A stretch of 64,000 nucleotides of DNA from a virus. Both the position numbers and the translations under genes were made by a program. The stretch is from the IMG/VR virus record IMGVR_UViG_3300005573_000001. One strand, written 5' to 3'. This document shows, in pieces, positions 26,449-36,983 of this stretch (its first letter is position 1; every line of letters starts with the position of its first letter). The notes below the pieces were generated by a model. It had not been told where the DNA came from. It saw nothing but the letters and a program-made list of their open reading frames with translations, and ran no database searches.

Positions 26449-27606
26449 ATGAAGATTAGTGCTGAGCAAAAACAAAGCCTCGTAGAGCTTGTCGAGGCTC
26501 TTAACGGCAAACCGTTTATCGTCTCTGATGAGCGTTTGGAGATCGAGGACGATAGAAGAATAACCGTTAAGGAGGCTCTCTCCAGTGCTGATGCCTCTAT
26601 ACTCATCCCGCGCACGATCTCTACGATCATGATGGAGGCCGCCGAACCAGAGTATTTGGCGACCAAATTCCTGCAGAGGATAGAATTAACACAGGGCAAC
26701 TCAATGGAGTTTATAAACTTTGGAGCGATCAGGGCCTTCGACATACCCGAAGGCTCCGCGTATCCAGAACAGTCCCTGGACGCAACGAAGTTCGGGGCAG
26801 CGACCACCAACGTACGCATCACGAAGGTTGGTCTTAAGGTCGCGATTACTGAGGAGCTCGTAAATGACTCCCGCTGGGACGTCATTGCGATGCACCTTAA
26901 GGCGGCTGGCCGTGCTATGGCCCGCAAGAAAGAAGAGAAAGTGTTCCAGAGCTTCAGGCAGCATGGACACGTAGTGTTCGACGGAGACGATTCGAGCGCT
27001 GCTCTGCAGCCGAGCGGTCGTGGCTGGGATGGAGCCAAGAATGGTACGTTGACGGCTGAAGACTTTATTGCCATGTGCACGAGCATTATGGCTATGGGGT
27101 TCACTCCGACAGACGTCATCATGCACCCACTCTGTTGGGCGCTGTTTGCGAAGAACCAGTTCATCAATGACCTGATGGGAACCGCTGCGTTTGGCGGCGG
27201 CGTTGCCGTTGGTCCGCTTGACGCGGGTCAGGCTCCAAGGTCCACATACCTTGGACAGGGTGTAAACTTCGGGCTTCCCGTAAAGGGACTCAAGCTTAGC
27301 TTCTCACCATGGGTACCGTTCGATGAAGTTAACAAGAAGTTCGACGTATTCATAGTCGACAGAAATAATGTAGGTGTGATCCTTGTGAAGGACGACATGA
27401 CAACCGAACAGTTCGTAGACCCCGAAAAGGACATCTTCAACCTGAAACTCAAAGAGCGCTATGGTATAGGTATCCTCAATGGTGGTTACGGTATTGCGGT
27501 AGCGAAGAACATAGCCTTCAAGAAGACCTGGACTGTTCCAGAGCGTCACTTTGTTGCTATGGATATGCCTGCTGACATGACCAGCGAAGAGATGGACGTC
27601 ATATAA
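26449..27606 (+). CDS. Major capsid protein (HK97 fold)
   Basis: Position, strong SD and downstream terminator; KVGLKVAITEELVNDS, MARKKE, VIMHP and KERYG patterns. Confidence 0.85.
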   Translation: MKISAEQKQSLVELVEALNGKPFIVSDERLEIEDDRRITVKEALSSADASILIPRTISTIMMEAAEPEYLATKFLQRIELTQGNSMEFINFGAIRAFDIPEGSAYPEQSLDATKFGAATTNVRITKVGLKVAITEELVNDSRWDVIAMHLKAAGRAMARKKEEKVFQSFRQHGHVVFDGDDSSAALQPSGRGWDGAKNGTLTAEDFIAMCTSIMAMGFTPTDVIMHPLCWALFAKNQFINDLMGTAAFGGGVAVGPLDAGQAPRSTYLGQGVNFGLPVKGLKLSFSPWVPFDEVNKKFDVFIVDRNNVGVILVKDDMTTEQFVDPEKDIFNLKLKERYGIGILNGGYGIAVAKNIAFKKTWTVPERHFVAMDMPADMTSEEMDVI

Positions 27607-27615
27607 TGTGACTAT

Positions 27616-27646
27616 AAGGGGGATAGGGTAATCCCTGTCCCCCTTT
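27616..27646 (+). terminator. Intrinsic terminator after the major capsid gene
   Basis: aagggggataggg-taat-ccctgtcccccttt. Confidence 0.75.
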
Positions 27647-27667
27647 ACAAGTACAAGGAGGATACAC

Positions 27668-28279
27668 ATGGCTTACTTTAAGTTAATTCCAACGACTGAT
27701 GGAATTGAAGCCATAAGGAGAAAGGTATCATCTGTTCAGAAGAGGCCGACCATTGCTATGTACGACCCATTAAGCGGTATTACGCTAAGGGCGTTGCGCA
27801 GTGGGGAAGAGTTCATCAAGCTAGATGCCAATGCTAATATGAGCACTATATTGCGTTGGTATAAGGCTGGCTACCTCACGTTTACAGGCGACCATCCGTT
27901 TGCTCCAACTTGGGTAGACGAGCCTACTGCAACCGGTGTCCTTGACGAGGACAACAATGCGCTAATCACCATTAGTGCGAGTATCAGCAAGGATGGTACT
28001 ATTTACTTTATGGTTGTACCCGGAGGTTCTGATCCCCCAACTATAGAACAGCTCGTTGCGCAGGATGCATACGGCGAAGTAACAGAGGTCACATGTGGTA
28101 CTAATGACCCGGAAACTTCTACTACCGAGCTTAGCGTCAACGTCAGTAGCGAGTACATCGTTCCCGGCGGCGAATATGATATATACCTTATTGCAGAGGA
28201 TACAGAAACGCCGACGAGTAGGATGGGGGAAATGTATAGCATAACAGGTGTAACAGTGCCCGAAATAGAGGGCCCGTAA
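27668..28279 (+). CDS. Virion accessory protein with an acidic beta-rich (Ig-like) C-terminus
   Basis: Follows the capsid gene; shares a DPLSGIT motif with the next gene. Confidence 0.55.
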   Translation: MAYFKLIPTTDGIEAIRRKVSSVQKRPTIAMYDPLSGITLRALRSGEEFIKLDANANMSTILRWYKAGYLTFTGDHPFAPTWVDEPTATGVLDEDNNALITISASISKDGTIYFMVVPGGSDPPTIEQLVAQDAYGEVTEVTCGTNDPETSTTELSVNVSSEYIVPGGEYDIYLIAEDTETPTSRMGEMYSITGVTVPEIEGP

Positions 28280-28302
28280 TAAGCTAAAGGAGTGGAAATA
28301 GA

Positions 28303-28671
28303 ATGAGCGCATACGTAGAGATTTCCCCTTTTATGCGCAGCAAGAAGTGGACAGACCCATTGTCTGGGATAACTTTCTCCGCAGACCAGAAGAAAATATT
28401 TATCCCTGACGGTGTAGATACTACTAATATAGAGAGGTACATCATACTGAACTATTTAAGTGTAGTATCTGGTGACATCAAGTCTTGCGCAAAGAAGGAG
28501 GCAAAACCTGCGGCAGAAAAGAAGCCGTCAGCTGTGGCCTCTCAGCCTGAAGTACCAACTGGGGAGCCACCAAAGGAAGTAGTAAAGGTGTGCAAGATAT
28601 GTGGGGCCCAATTCACATCGCAAGGCCCGCTACTTACGCACTATAGGACGATGCACCCCAAAACTAAGTAA
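28303..28671 (+). CDS. Small protein with a C-terminal C2H2 zinc finger
   Basis: CKICGAQFTSQGPLLTHYRTMH matches C-x2-C-x3-F-x5-L-x2-H-x4-H. Confidence 0.75.
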   Translation: MSAYVEISPFMRSKKWTDPLSGITFSADQKKIFIPDGVDTTNIERYIILNYLSVVSGDIKSCAKKEAKPAAEKKPSAVASQPEVPTGEPPKEVVKVCKICGAQFTSQGPLLTHYRTMHPKTK

Positions 28672-28679
28672 GAGTAAAG

Positions 28680-30248
28680 GTGAGAGAGTTGTATACTGGA
28701 GCGCCGATAATCACAGCAGTCAGTCCTCGCAACGGTGCGACAAGCGTATCGTACTTGGATAATAAAATCAGGATTACGTTCAGTAGCAACATGGCTTACG
28801 ATGTGGAAAACCATCAGGACCTACATCGTGTTACTGACCCGAACTATGTCTATGTTACGGCGACGGGCTTAGGCGGCAATACTACTCTGGTATCTGGCAA
28901 ACTCTCGTACGATGCATTTAGCAAGACCGTCACATTCGAGAGTACAAGCAGCTTTGCCCCAAGCACCGAGTACAGGATTTATGTGCTCGGCAGTAACAGC
29001 CCAAACGGCGGCGTACAAGACATTAGGGGAAATACCTTAGAGAGTACGTACATATCAATTTTTAAGACGGACGCAGTACTTGTCGGGAGCCCAGTAACGG
29101 TGGCTCCAGTAACTCGCTCAACAATAAACTCTATCCCATCATTTGTGTGGGAACCCGTAGAAGTCAATAATACCGTACTGACCAATTATACATTACAGGT
29201 AAGTACGCATATGGACTTCTCAGACTTGGTTTTTAGTGTCAGCGATACATTTGAGATAGACGAGGATGGCCAAATCTCATACGACCCCGACATAACCCTT
29301 GATGACAGGACTATATACTTCTGGAGAGTAAGGGTTGACGGGGGCGAATGGAGCGAAACATCCCAGTTCTACTATACGGAAGAGACTAACACGCCTAGCG
29401 CAAGCACTACATCTATCGTCGGCAGCATACCTGTAAACAACTCTTACAACGATAGTATAACGACGTGGCGCATCAAGTTGTCTGAGACCATGTCATTGGA
29501 AGACATCGAAGATAATATCGTTATATATGAAGGCAAGGTAACAAGTGCCGATATTGCTAACGCGGACTTAGTTCCACTAACGGAAGTACCTGGGACGTGG
29601 AGCGGCGCTACGGAAGAAGACCCTATAGTGTTTATCTTTACGCCATCCATAGGGTTCGTAAATGGTACTTCCTATACGCTGGTAGCGTCGGGCTCCATAG
29701 AGGAAACGTACATCACCTTTACAAAGGACACGGATACATTATATGCAGACCCGTCGACAGTCCTTGGTAGCCTGAGCGAATACATAACAATAGACCCGGA
29801 TGTTCTAATTACCACCATACGTAGCATCAGTACGGAAGCTAGAGAAATCATGGAGAACATCCTAGAAGAGCAGCATTCCACGCTAGTCATAGATTGGACG
29901 ACCCCTCCGCTTTATATAGCGAACTATGTCAAGTATAGAGTGCAAGAAGCAATCCTAACAGAAAAATACTTATCAATGTCTGCCGATGCGCAAAGGGTAA
30001 CATTAGCAGACTTTGATGTGTCAAATACATATACTCCTCAAGACTTACTAGGGTTACTGAAGGCAATTCAGGGACAAGTAAGATACTACTTGGATACGAT
30101 GTACAATCAAGCATTCAAAAGAGTAGGTAGCAAGGTCGTAAGTTACAGAGACGGTTCCGAGGTAGGAGCGGGATACCCAGACTACTTCGTGCGTTCTATC
30201 GTCAGTACGTCAAGGCCTAACACTCCTGTAAACCAAGACACCACATAA
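28680..30248 (+). CDS. Ig-like/FN3 repeat protein with a probable C-terminal head-tail adaptor domain
   Basis: Big_5-like start (PIITAVSPRNGATSV..IRITFS), FN3-like YFWRVR..EWSE, helical C-terminus. Confidence 0.65.
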   Translation: MRELYTGAPIITAVSPRNGATSVSYLDNKIRITFSSNMAYDVENHQDLHRVTDPNYVYVTATGLGGNTTLVSGKLSYDAFSKTVTFESTSSFAPSTEYRIYVLGSNSPNGGVQDIRGNTLESTYISIFKTDAVLVGSPVTVAPVTRSTINSIPSFVWEPVEVNNTVLTNYTLQVSTHMDFSDLVFSVSDTFEIDEDGQISYDPDITLDDRTIYFWRVRVDGGEWSETSQFYYTEETNTPSASTTSIVGSIPVNNSYNDSITTWRIKLSETMSLEDIEDNIVIYEGKVTSADIANADLVPLTEVPGTWSGATEEDPIVFIFTPSIGFVNGTSYTLVASGSIEETYITFTKDTDTLYADPSTVLGSLSEYITIDPDVLITTIRSISTEAREIMENILEEQHSTLVIDWTTPPLYIANYVKYRVQEAILTEKYLSMSADAQRVTLADFDVSNTYTPQDLLGLLKAIQGQVRYYLDTMYNQAFKRVGSKVVSYRDGSEVGAGYPDYFVRSIVSTSRPNTPVNQDTT

Positions 30249-30258
30249 GGGGCACACT

Positions 30259-30771
30259 ATGAACCTAAGGGCTCAATTCCAATCCCTTTTGAACCAATAT
30301 GGACACTACGTCTTACTTCTAAGAAAGGATAACACTAAGAAATGTTCATGTTGGAACGACAGCTACGGAACGGCAGATAAGACGTGCCACCATTGTCTAG
30401 GGCTTGGATACCTATTCACACTAGAGAAAATCAAAGTAAGGACTAGATTAGCGTCAAGCAGGCCCGAAACTGTGGCAAGAATCGTCAGGAGTCTTCCTCC
30501 GGCGGATATCCTGATAGAAAGCAGGTTGTTCTTCACATTCTACAACGTTACGGCTCAGTCCGGCGATTTGATTATTACCGTAGACTGGAATGGAGATAGG
30601 CCGATAATAGGCGATTACACAGTAGTATACGAAGTTGGGTATACTGAACCGGAACGCGGATCTCACGGGCGAATAGAGTTCATGAAGATATTCTGCAAAG
30701 CAGACCCAGTAGAGCATACATTCAGACTGCAAGATATAATAGCAAGATATAACGCGGAGCATGCCTCATGA
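30259..30771 (+). CDS. Head completion/closure protein
   Basis: Position; CSCW...CHHCLGLGY zinc-binding motif. Confidence 0.55.
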   Translation: MNLRAQFQSLLNQYGHYVLLLRKDNTKKCSCWNDSYGTADKTCHHCLGLGYLFTLEKIKVRTRLASSRPETVARIVRSLPPADILIESRLFFTFYNVTAQSGDLIITVDWNGDRPIIGDYTVVYEVGYTEPERGSHGRIEFMKIFCKADPVEHTFRLQDIIARYNAEHAS

Positions 30772-32537
30772 CAGTGCGATTAGACTCGGTATTCAGACCT
30801 ATATCATATAGCGACCTTAATCGCAAAGTAGCCATCATAGGGTTATCAAATCACGGTCCACTGCTTACGCCAGTAGTAGTTTCATCTCTGACACAAGTCG
30901 CTAGGATATTCGGCTCCAACGGACAAATTTATGAAACATATATGGCGGCTACTGCCGTCGGTGTAACGGAAGCCGTTATCGTCAGGGTGAATGGGACACA
31001 TGCTACCCTCGACATCCTAGACAAAGACGATGCCGTGGCCATGTCCATAACTAGTATAGACGCATGTGATGCCGCAAATAGCCTTAGTGTCAAAATTACC
31101 AACAGTGATGGACGGGTCTCATTTGTACTATCAAGCGGCAATGTAACCTTATATACCGTAACGCTAGACGCCATCACGCCTATAGGCACTCTGGCCAGTA
31201 ATATTAACAAAACCTCTATTGCAAACCAAAACGGCATATACGTCTACTCATATAGCAACGGCATCATAGGGAACTTAACTGAAATCGATACCACGCTTAG
31301 CGGTGGCAGCACGCAGGCCAATATCGAGGACGATGCCCTGTATATCAACCTGCAAGTAGCTCTCAACATAGTGGGAGCACTTGGCTGCGAGACGATATGT
31401 ATTCCGTGTGTCAACTACCTATATAACATGGGATTAGTAGACAACATATCTAAGACATATTTCGGAGTCATAGAACAGTTTTGCGAGAACATGTACAATA
31501 GCGGTGCCCCCACCATCTGCGTAATCAACGTCGAAGACCCCGGGGCCTATGGAGCTATCATATACGACGCGGAGAGCCCGCTACTAGAATACCAAGCTTA
31601 TGTGGACTCCGAGTGGGCGACGATAGAAACCGTTACAAACGGCGACGGCTATATAGTAGTAGACGATACACATAGAATAGTGTGCACCATACCGGCCACA
31701 AACTTCAGCGTAAATTACTTGGCGTGCCCGGATGGCGGTAGCTTTAGCATCTCATATGATGGCGGCACAACCTTTTCGCCAAGCATAAGTACTGACAGTG
31801 AGACAAGTACGCCGCTTGCAACCATGGGTGGCAATAGTACTTTAGATAACAAGAGTATATACATAGTAGCCGATTCTGGTACGGTGCTCATTAAGAGTAT
31901 ATCGTGCGAGATTATAACAGATTCAAGTACGGCAGCCCTTATCTCTATGGTAGAAGACGCAGTAAGTAAGTATAGTCTATCGCCATATGTCGTGTCCGTA
32001 TACAGCACAGTAACCGTGCCAGGAGTGTCTAATCCAGGCAACGCGGGCGTAGGGTTAGTTGGCGCAATAATCAACAAATCCCCGCTATCCGACAGCATAA
32101 CGAACAAATCCCTTTCTAATAGTCTCATAAGCGACAGTTTACTGGGAACAGAAGATGCGTTAGCCCTGGCTCGAGTAGGAATTACAACCTTTACAAGGAC
32201 AATCAGGAGAGGGATAGTCGTAGGGTATAGCGTTACTACCTTAGGTCTCGACAATATATTGGGCAGCATTAAGAATGTACGTATAGTAAATTCAACGGTA
32301 CGCGACCTATCTAATGCCTATGACTATATTAGCAAGGAGTACCCCATAGTTGACTTGTCAACAGTAAGAGACGTCAACAAGGCCATCCTTGATAGGAAGC
32401 TTAGCGACGGCACTATAGCCGACTATTCGTTCAAGGTGTACTCGCTCTCGGATGAACCAAACCATATCTACTCTGACATCAACATAGTACCATATGGGGA
32501 GATAACACAAGTATCGGCTACTATCAAGGTATTATAG
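30768..32537 (+). CDS. Tail sheath-like protein (paralog 1)
   Basis: Sheath-type N-terminus VAIIG..GPLLTPV..IFG; C-terminus NVRIVN...INIVPYGE parallels 33153-34616. Confidence 0.65.
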   Translation: MTVRLDSVFRPISYSDLNRKVAIIGLSNHGPLLTPVVVSSLTQVARIFGSNGQIYETYMAATAVGVTEAVIVRVNGTHATLDILDKDDAVAMSITSIDACDAANSLSVKITNSDGRVSFVLSSGNVTLYTVTLDAITPIGTLASNINKTSIANQNGIYVYSYSNGIIGNLTEIDTTLSGGSTQANIEDDALYINLQVALNIVGALGCETICIPCVNYLYNMGLVDNISKTYFGVIEQFCENMYNSGAPTICVINVEDPGAYGAIIYDAESPLLEYQAYVDSEWATIETVTNGDGYIVVDDTHRIVCTIPATNFSVNYLACPDGGSFSISYDGGTTFSPSISTDSETSTPLATMGGNSTLDNKSIYIVADSGTVLIKSISCEIITDSSTAALISMVEDAVSKYSLSPYVVSVYSTVTVPGVSNPGNAGVGLVGAIINKSPLSDSITNKSLSNSLISDSLLGTEDALALARVGITTFTRTIRRGIVVGYSVTTLGLDNILGSIKNVRIVNSTVRDLSNAYDYISKEYPIVDLSTVRDVNKAILDRKLSDGTIADYSFKVYSLSDEPNHIYSDINIVPYGEITQVSATIKVL

Positions 32538-32544
32538 GAGCACT

Positions 32545-33099
32545 ATGGAAGCACTAAATTATACGGGTTTTATGGAGCTGGTTAAGGCTCAGCTATACAA
32601 AACCTTTGGCAGTAAGGCTGTTCAATTTACAGCCGCTTACCCTAAAAAGCCTCTAGATAATGTGCCAATCATAACTCACCACATGCAAGCGCGGCCCGCT
32701 AAAGTTGGCAGAGACACTACAGAGCTTAAGGCAAGGCAGCGTACTAGTGAGTTAGTAGACGGCAAAGTCAAAGAGGTGTGGGGCAAACTCAAGGATGCAT
32801 ACATAACCTTCGAAGTATGGTGCCAGAACGCAGAGGAAGCAGATAGGTGGGTTGAAATCTTTGAAACCTTTTTCGACGAGAATATCGGATATTTCAAACA
32901 GAATGGTGTCGTTGAAATCACATGGATCGGCAATAACAGCGACCAGTCTACAGATCGCTGGGAAGTAGACCTAGTACATAGGTCAGTAGAGTATGTATGT
33001 AGATTTGAGACCACATATACTAAAGAATCTGAACCTATCGCAGGGGTAACGCCCGAAATAGTTCACCCACAACGAAGGTCCACCAAGATTCTAAGGTAA
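32545..33099 (+). CDS. Tail terminator/completion protein
   Basis: Position before the sheath; PIIT...ITFEVW..NAEEADRW pattern. Confidence 0.55.
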   Translation: MEALNYTGFMELVKAQLYKTFGSKAVQFTAAYPKKPLDNVPIITHHMQARPAKVGRDTTELKARQRTSELVDGKVKEVWGKLKDAYITFEVWCQNAEEADRWVEIFETFFDENIGYFKQNGVVEITWIGNNSDQSTDRWEVDLVHRSVEYVCRFETTYTKESEPIAGVTPEIVHPQRRSTKILR

Positions 33100-33152
33100 G
33101 CGCTGCAGATAAGCAGATTTACATAATCAACAAATAACAAGGAGGAAAAATT

Positions 33153-34616
33153 ATGACTTATAACAATCTTCCAGGAATTCATACACTCTTGAGAGATGGC
33201 GGACTAGTTATCGACAGGCCAGGCGCGCAAACACAGAGCGTCCTTATTATCGCATGTACTGGAACAGCTTTAACTGGCGAAGATACGCAAGAGTGTAAAC
33301 CTGTATGGGTGTCTAACGAAGCAGCATGGGAAAGGCAGGGCTTCGGGAGCGCGTCCATTAAAAATATTGCGTATACAGCCTGGAGGGAAGCTATTAATAC
33401 CGGATGTCAGGATGTAAGGGTGCTCACCGTATACGGAAACAACGGAGCAGACAAATATGAAAACCTGCACAAAGTATACAAGGGCCTCGAGGACTATGAC
33501 GTTGACATTATAGCACTTACGGGCGTTTACGCGGACGACGATGTTGGAAGCCCAACGTTCAATCAAGACTATGACCAAGTAGATTATTGTTCAGTCGGTG
33601 CTAATGAGGTAGACGTAGTAGGTGAAACGCCAGATGGTGACATTGACGGTACGAATACGGTCTTCACCTTGGCTCATACGCTGATTGTTCCAGGGTCAGT
33701 TGTACTCACGAAAACTACAGGAGGCACCTCGGTTACACTTGTCGAGGTCAACAACCTGACTGATGCGAGTGCAAACGCTTATAAGGTAAACTACATCGAC
33801 GGGTCTATCGAAGTCAAGACGGCACCGACCGACGATCCTGAACAGTCGCTTACAGTATCATATGCATACTACGACGCTACGAGGAGTTTTGCCGCACAGC
33901 TCAACGGGTTCCTGAACATAGTATCGCAGAGAACGAGCCAGACGCTTGGTGTAATCGCGTTGAAGCCTTCAGATGACAATGACCTTCTGACGGTAAGAGA
34001 TTACGTTGCCAACTTACCGACGCAGATATACAGTGGACTGCTCCAAGTCGTAGGCGGGCCCGAGTGCATTGCTAAGGATAATTCTGGGAATGCTTACGCT
34101 ACTAGCGGCGTAGCTTCCTATGCGGGTTTAATTAGTACGCTGTCCCCACAATCCGGCCCAGTATACAAGATACTGCCGGGCATCTTTGGACTCACGTATA
34201 CCCTTTCGCCAGCCCAGCAAAGCATCATACTTAATAAGAACATAGTATGTTTCATAATGAGGAATGGACAGGTAAGGGTTTTGGACGGGGTTACGACAGC
34301 CGGTGCCGATAGCGACTATAGACGTCTCACGACGGTAAGGATAGTCAACGAGTTGATTCAGGGGATACGTTCCATCGGAGAACCATTCATTGGCGAGCCG
34401 AACGACTTGCCACATAGAAACGCGCTTGACGCCAAGATCAAGGCCCTTAGCAAAGCCATGGTCAGCGCAGGTGCGCTTGCCGGCGCTTCGTGCGTAATCA
34501 AAGCCACTAACGAACAGGTAATCAACGGTAATATGGAAATTCAACTAGACATTGTACCGGCCAGCGAGACGTTGAGAATCTCTACAACGATCGCCCTAAG
34601 GCCGAGTATAGCCTAA
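33153..34616 (+). CDS. Tail sheath protein
   Basis: MTYNNLPGI start; RRLTTVRIVN, FIGEPN and LDIVPASETLRI; strong SD. Confidence 0.88.
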   Translation: MTYNNLPGIHTLLRDGGLVIDRPGAQTQSVLIIACTGTALTGEDTQECKPVWVSNEAAWERQGFGSASIKNIAYTAWREAINTGCQDVRVLTVYGNNGADKYENLHKVYKGLEDYDVDIIALTGVYADDDVGSPTFNQDYDQVDYCSVGANEVDVVGETPDGDIDGTNTVFTLAHTLIVPGSVVLTKTTGGTSVTLVEVNNLTDASANAYKVNYIDGSIEVKTAPTDDPEQSLTVSYAYYDATRSFAAQLNGFLNIVSQRTSQTLGVIALKPSDDNDLLTVRDYVANLPTQIYSGLLQVVGGPECIAKDNSGNAYATSGVASYAGLISTLSPQSGPVYKILPGIFGLTYTLSPAQQSIILNKNIVCFIMRNGQVRVLDGVTTAGADSDYRRLTTVRIVNELIQGIRSIGEPFIGEPNDLPHRNALDAKIKALSKAMVSAGALAGASCVIKATNEQVINGNMEIQLDIVPASETLRISTTIALRPSIA

Positions 34617-34638
34617 GGAAAGGTAAGGAGAAAGAACT

Positions 34639-35259
34639 ATGCCACAGTCCCAATATACGAGAAGTTATACGTCGTTTGGCGGCGTAGACATTGTAGCGAC
34701 ATTCAACGGAAGAGTCATCGGAGAACTCCAGGCTATTACATACTCTGTTACCAGAGAAAAAGCGCCTATCTACACAATGGGCAGCCCCGACCCGAGGTCT
34801 TTCAGCAGAGGCAAGCGCGGCATCGCGGGCAGCCTAGTATTTACTGTACTCGATAGGGATGCCTTCTACAACCTTAAGGGCGAGGCCGCAACCTTTTATA
34901 CGGCATATGCCAACACTTACGATCCGTCTCAGACAGAGGCCGGAATCTACGTACCGAGATACGTGTATACAGAGGGCGGATGGACTAACCTCATGCAATC
35001 GAGGGTAGGCGACGGGGTAACAAACCCGGCGTTGGCAAACTTGTTCTCGGCATCGGAAGCTATATACGCAGATCAGATCCCGCCATTCGACATAACGATT
35101 ACAATGCAGAATGAGTACGGCCAGGCGGCGAGATTGAGCATCTACGGTGTAGAAATCCTGAACGAAGGCTCTGGAATGAGCATCGACGATCTTACAACGG
35201 AAAAGGCGTGCACTTATGTTGCACGTGGTTTGTCACATTTGACACCAGTAACGCAGTAA
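34639..35259 (+). CDS. Tail tube protein
   Basis: Directly follows the sheath and is followed by a terminator; SFGGVDIV..GELQAITYS..RGIAGSLVF..PPFDITI. Confidence 0.8.
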   Translation: MPQSQYTRSYTSFGGVDIVATFNGRVIGELQAITYSVTREKAPIYTMGSPDPRSFSRGKRGIAGSLVFTVLDRDAFYNLKGEAATFYTAYANTYDPSQTEAGIYVPRYVYTEGGWTNLMQSRVGDGVTNPALANLFSASEAIYADQIPPFDITITMQNEYGQAARLSIYGVEILNEGSGMSIDDLTTEKACTYVARGLSHLTPVTQ

Positions 35260-35281
35260 CACGTGGTTTTACACGAAAGGC

Positions 35282-35311
35282 AGGGCGAGGTTTAATTTAT
35301 CTCGCCCTTTA
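35282..35311 (+). terminator. Intrinsic terminator after the tube gene
   Basis: agggcgag...ctcgccct followed by TTT. Confidence 0.7.
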
Positions 35312-35328
35312 TTATATCGAGGGAAACT

Positions 35329-35679
35329 ATGAAAAGTTACACAGCAGAGTACAAGGCGGGGCCGCAGAGTGAAATCCTCGCTAAATTAGGCAACTTCGTA
35401 TTCGGAGAAATCAGCAGCATAAAGTTCCAGCTTATGGAGAATGGAGCCGTAGGAGAGCTATGCTTCAAGGTAATATACAAGGAACTAATCGAGAACGATA
35501 TTATGCCTATGTTCGATATATGTATCTTCACCGAAGACTCCGGGACAATCTATCAATGCCACCTAAATAACGTAATGCTTAGTTGCGGTAAGACCGTAAC
35601 AACGAACGAAGTAGGGTGTGGGCAAAACTACGTCTTTGCCGCACTTGAAGCCGAATATACACCAACGCATAGGGGGTAA
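35329..35679 (+). CDS. Short, divergent tube-like paralog
   Basis: VFGEISSIKF and MPMFDICI echo the tube motifs GELQAITY and PPFDITI. Confidence 0.5.
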   Translation: MKSYTAEYKAGPQSEILAKLGNFVFGEISSIKFQLMENGAVGELCFKVIYKELIENDIMPMFDICIFTEDSGTIYQCHLNNVMLSCGKTVTTNEVGCGQNYVFAALEAEYTPTHRG

Positions 35680-35685
35680 GACATA

Positions 35686-36963
35686 ATGCAGTCTGCCTAT
35701 AGTAAAACATATAGCACCTTCTCTGGTGCAGACATAGTAGCCACCATCACACTGCCCGGCGGAAAACCCGTAGTGCTAGGCGAAATACAAACTATCTCCT
35801 ATAGTATACATAGGGATAAGTTTCCAGCACGCACCTTAGGACGTATTAACCCTAAGGGGTATTGTTTGCCAGAGTCAGAGCGTGTATACGTAAGAGAAAA
35901 GGGATACGTCTCAATCAAGGACGTAGAAGTCGGCGACAGTATACAAATAGATGTCCATGGATTTGGCAGCGTTGTAAACAAGTACGACAATGGGATTAAA
36001 CCATGTTATCGCCTTGAGTTAGAGAATGGATACCACCTTACTGCAAGTTATGACCACCGTATAATGACCCAGAACGGGTGGAAAGAAATGCAGGACATCA
36101 ATATTGGCGACCGCATATATGTGTGTACGTCGACACCCTCGCCCGACGATGCGCCCCTTAGCGATGATATGCTGCTTACGGTGGCGGGCTTTATAAATCC
36201 CGAGAATGAATGCGAGCACATCCCACAGGAACTGCTCAGAAACCTTAGTAAGCGACAGGTAGAAGTATTCTTGAACGGGCTTCTTCACACCGTCCCATAT
36301 TGCACAAAGTCTAAACGGCTCGCCGAGGACATAAGGTTTCTGCTTTCTAAGATTAGCATGGAGTGCAAGATAGAAGGAGAGTGTAGTATTACCGACATCA
36401 AGCCGCCGGCAGACACCTTTAGGGTAGTAACTGGCATCGCGCCTGCCGGAGAGCAACGCGTCTACGATATAACCGTAGATAACGTGCATAGCTTTATATG
36501 CAACCACATACTCGTCCATAACTCATATGGCGGCAGGACTATAGGGGGTTCGCTCATATTCACGGTCTTTAACAAGAATGTTCTAAAGTCTGTAATAGAA
36601 GAAGCATTCAGTAGTAACGCGTTAGGACAACTGGACTTTAGCAAGTTCAACAATAACGAGGAAGAGTACCTTATCAACGAGATGTACTACAGGATGTTGG
36701 CTGACGAAATGCCCCCGTTCGACGTCACAATTACCTTTGCCAACGAATATGGAAATACGGCTCAGCTCACAATCTCCGGGGTAACTATAATAGACGAAGG
36801 ACAAGTAATGTCTATAGAAGATATGGTAACCGAGAATACGATGTCATACCAGGCCCTTGACATAACTCCGATGCTGGAGTTAGGGCAGCTTTCTTTCAGC
36901 GAGAACAATGGACTCTATATGACCAAATTCACACCGTATATCCCATTCGATATGAAAGATTAA
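35686..36963 (+). CDS. Tail tube-like protein (intein-containing)
   Basis: Exteins TFSGADIV..GEIQTISYS..RTIGGSLIF..MPPFDVTI align with 34639-35259. Confidence 0.8.
   Translation: MQSAYSKTYSTFSGADIVATITLPGGKPVVLGEIQTISYSIHRDKFPARTLGRINPKGYCLPESERVYVREKGYVSIKDVEVGDSIQIDVHGFGSVVNKYDNGIKPCYRLELENGYHLTASYDHRIMTQNGWKEMQDINIGDRIYVCTSTPSPDDAPLSDDMLLTVAGFINPENECEHIPQELLRNLSKRQVEVFLNGLLHTVPYCTKSKRLAEDIRFLLSKISMECKIEGECSITDIKPPADTFRVVTGIAPAGEQRVYDITVDNVHSFICNHILVHNSYGGRTIGGSLIFTVFNKNVLKSVIEEAFSSNALGQLDFSKFNNNEEEYLINEMYYRMLADEMPPFDVTITFANEYGNTAQLTISGVTIIDEGQVMSIEDMVTENTMSYQALDITPMLELGQLSFSENNGLYMTKFTPYIPFDMKD
35863..36522 (+). mobile_element. Intein (220 aa) in a tail tube paralog
   Basis: Starts CLPESERV; SYDHR block B; ends VYDITV..HSF..LVHN followed by Ser. 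Confidence 0.92.
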
Positions 36964-36983
36964 CCTAATGGAGGAAGCAGCCA

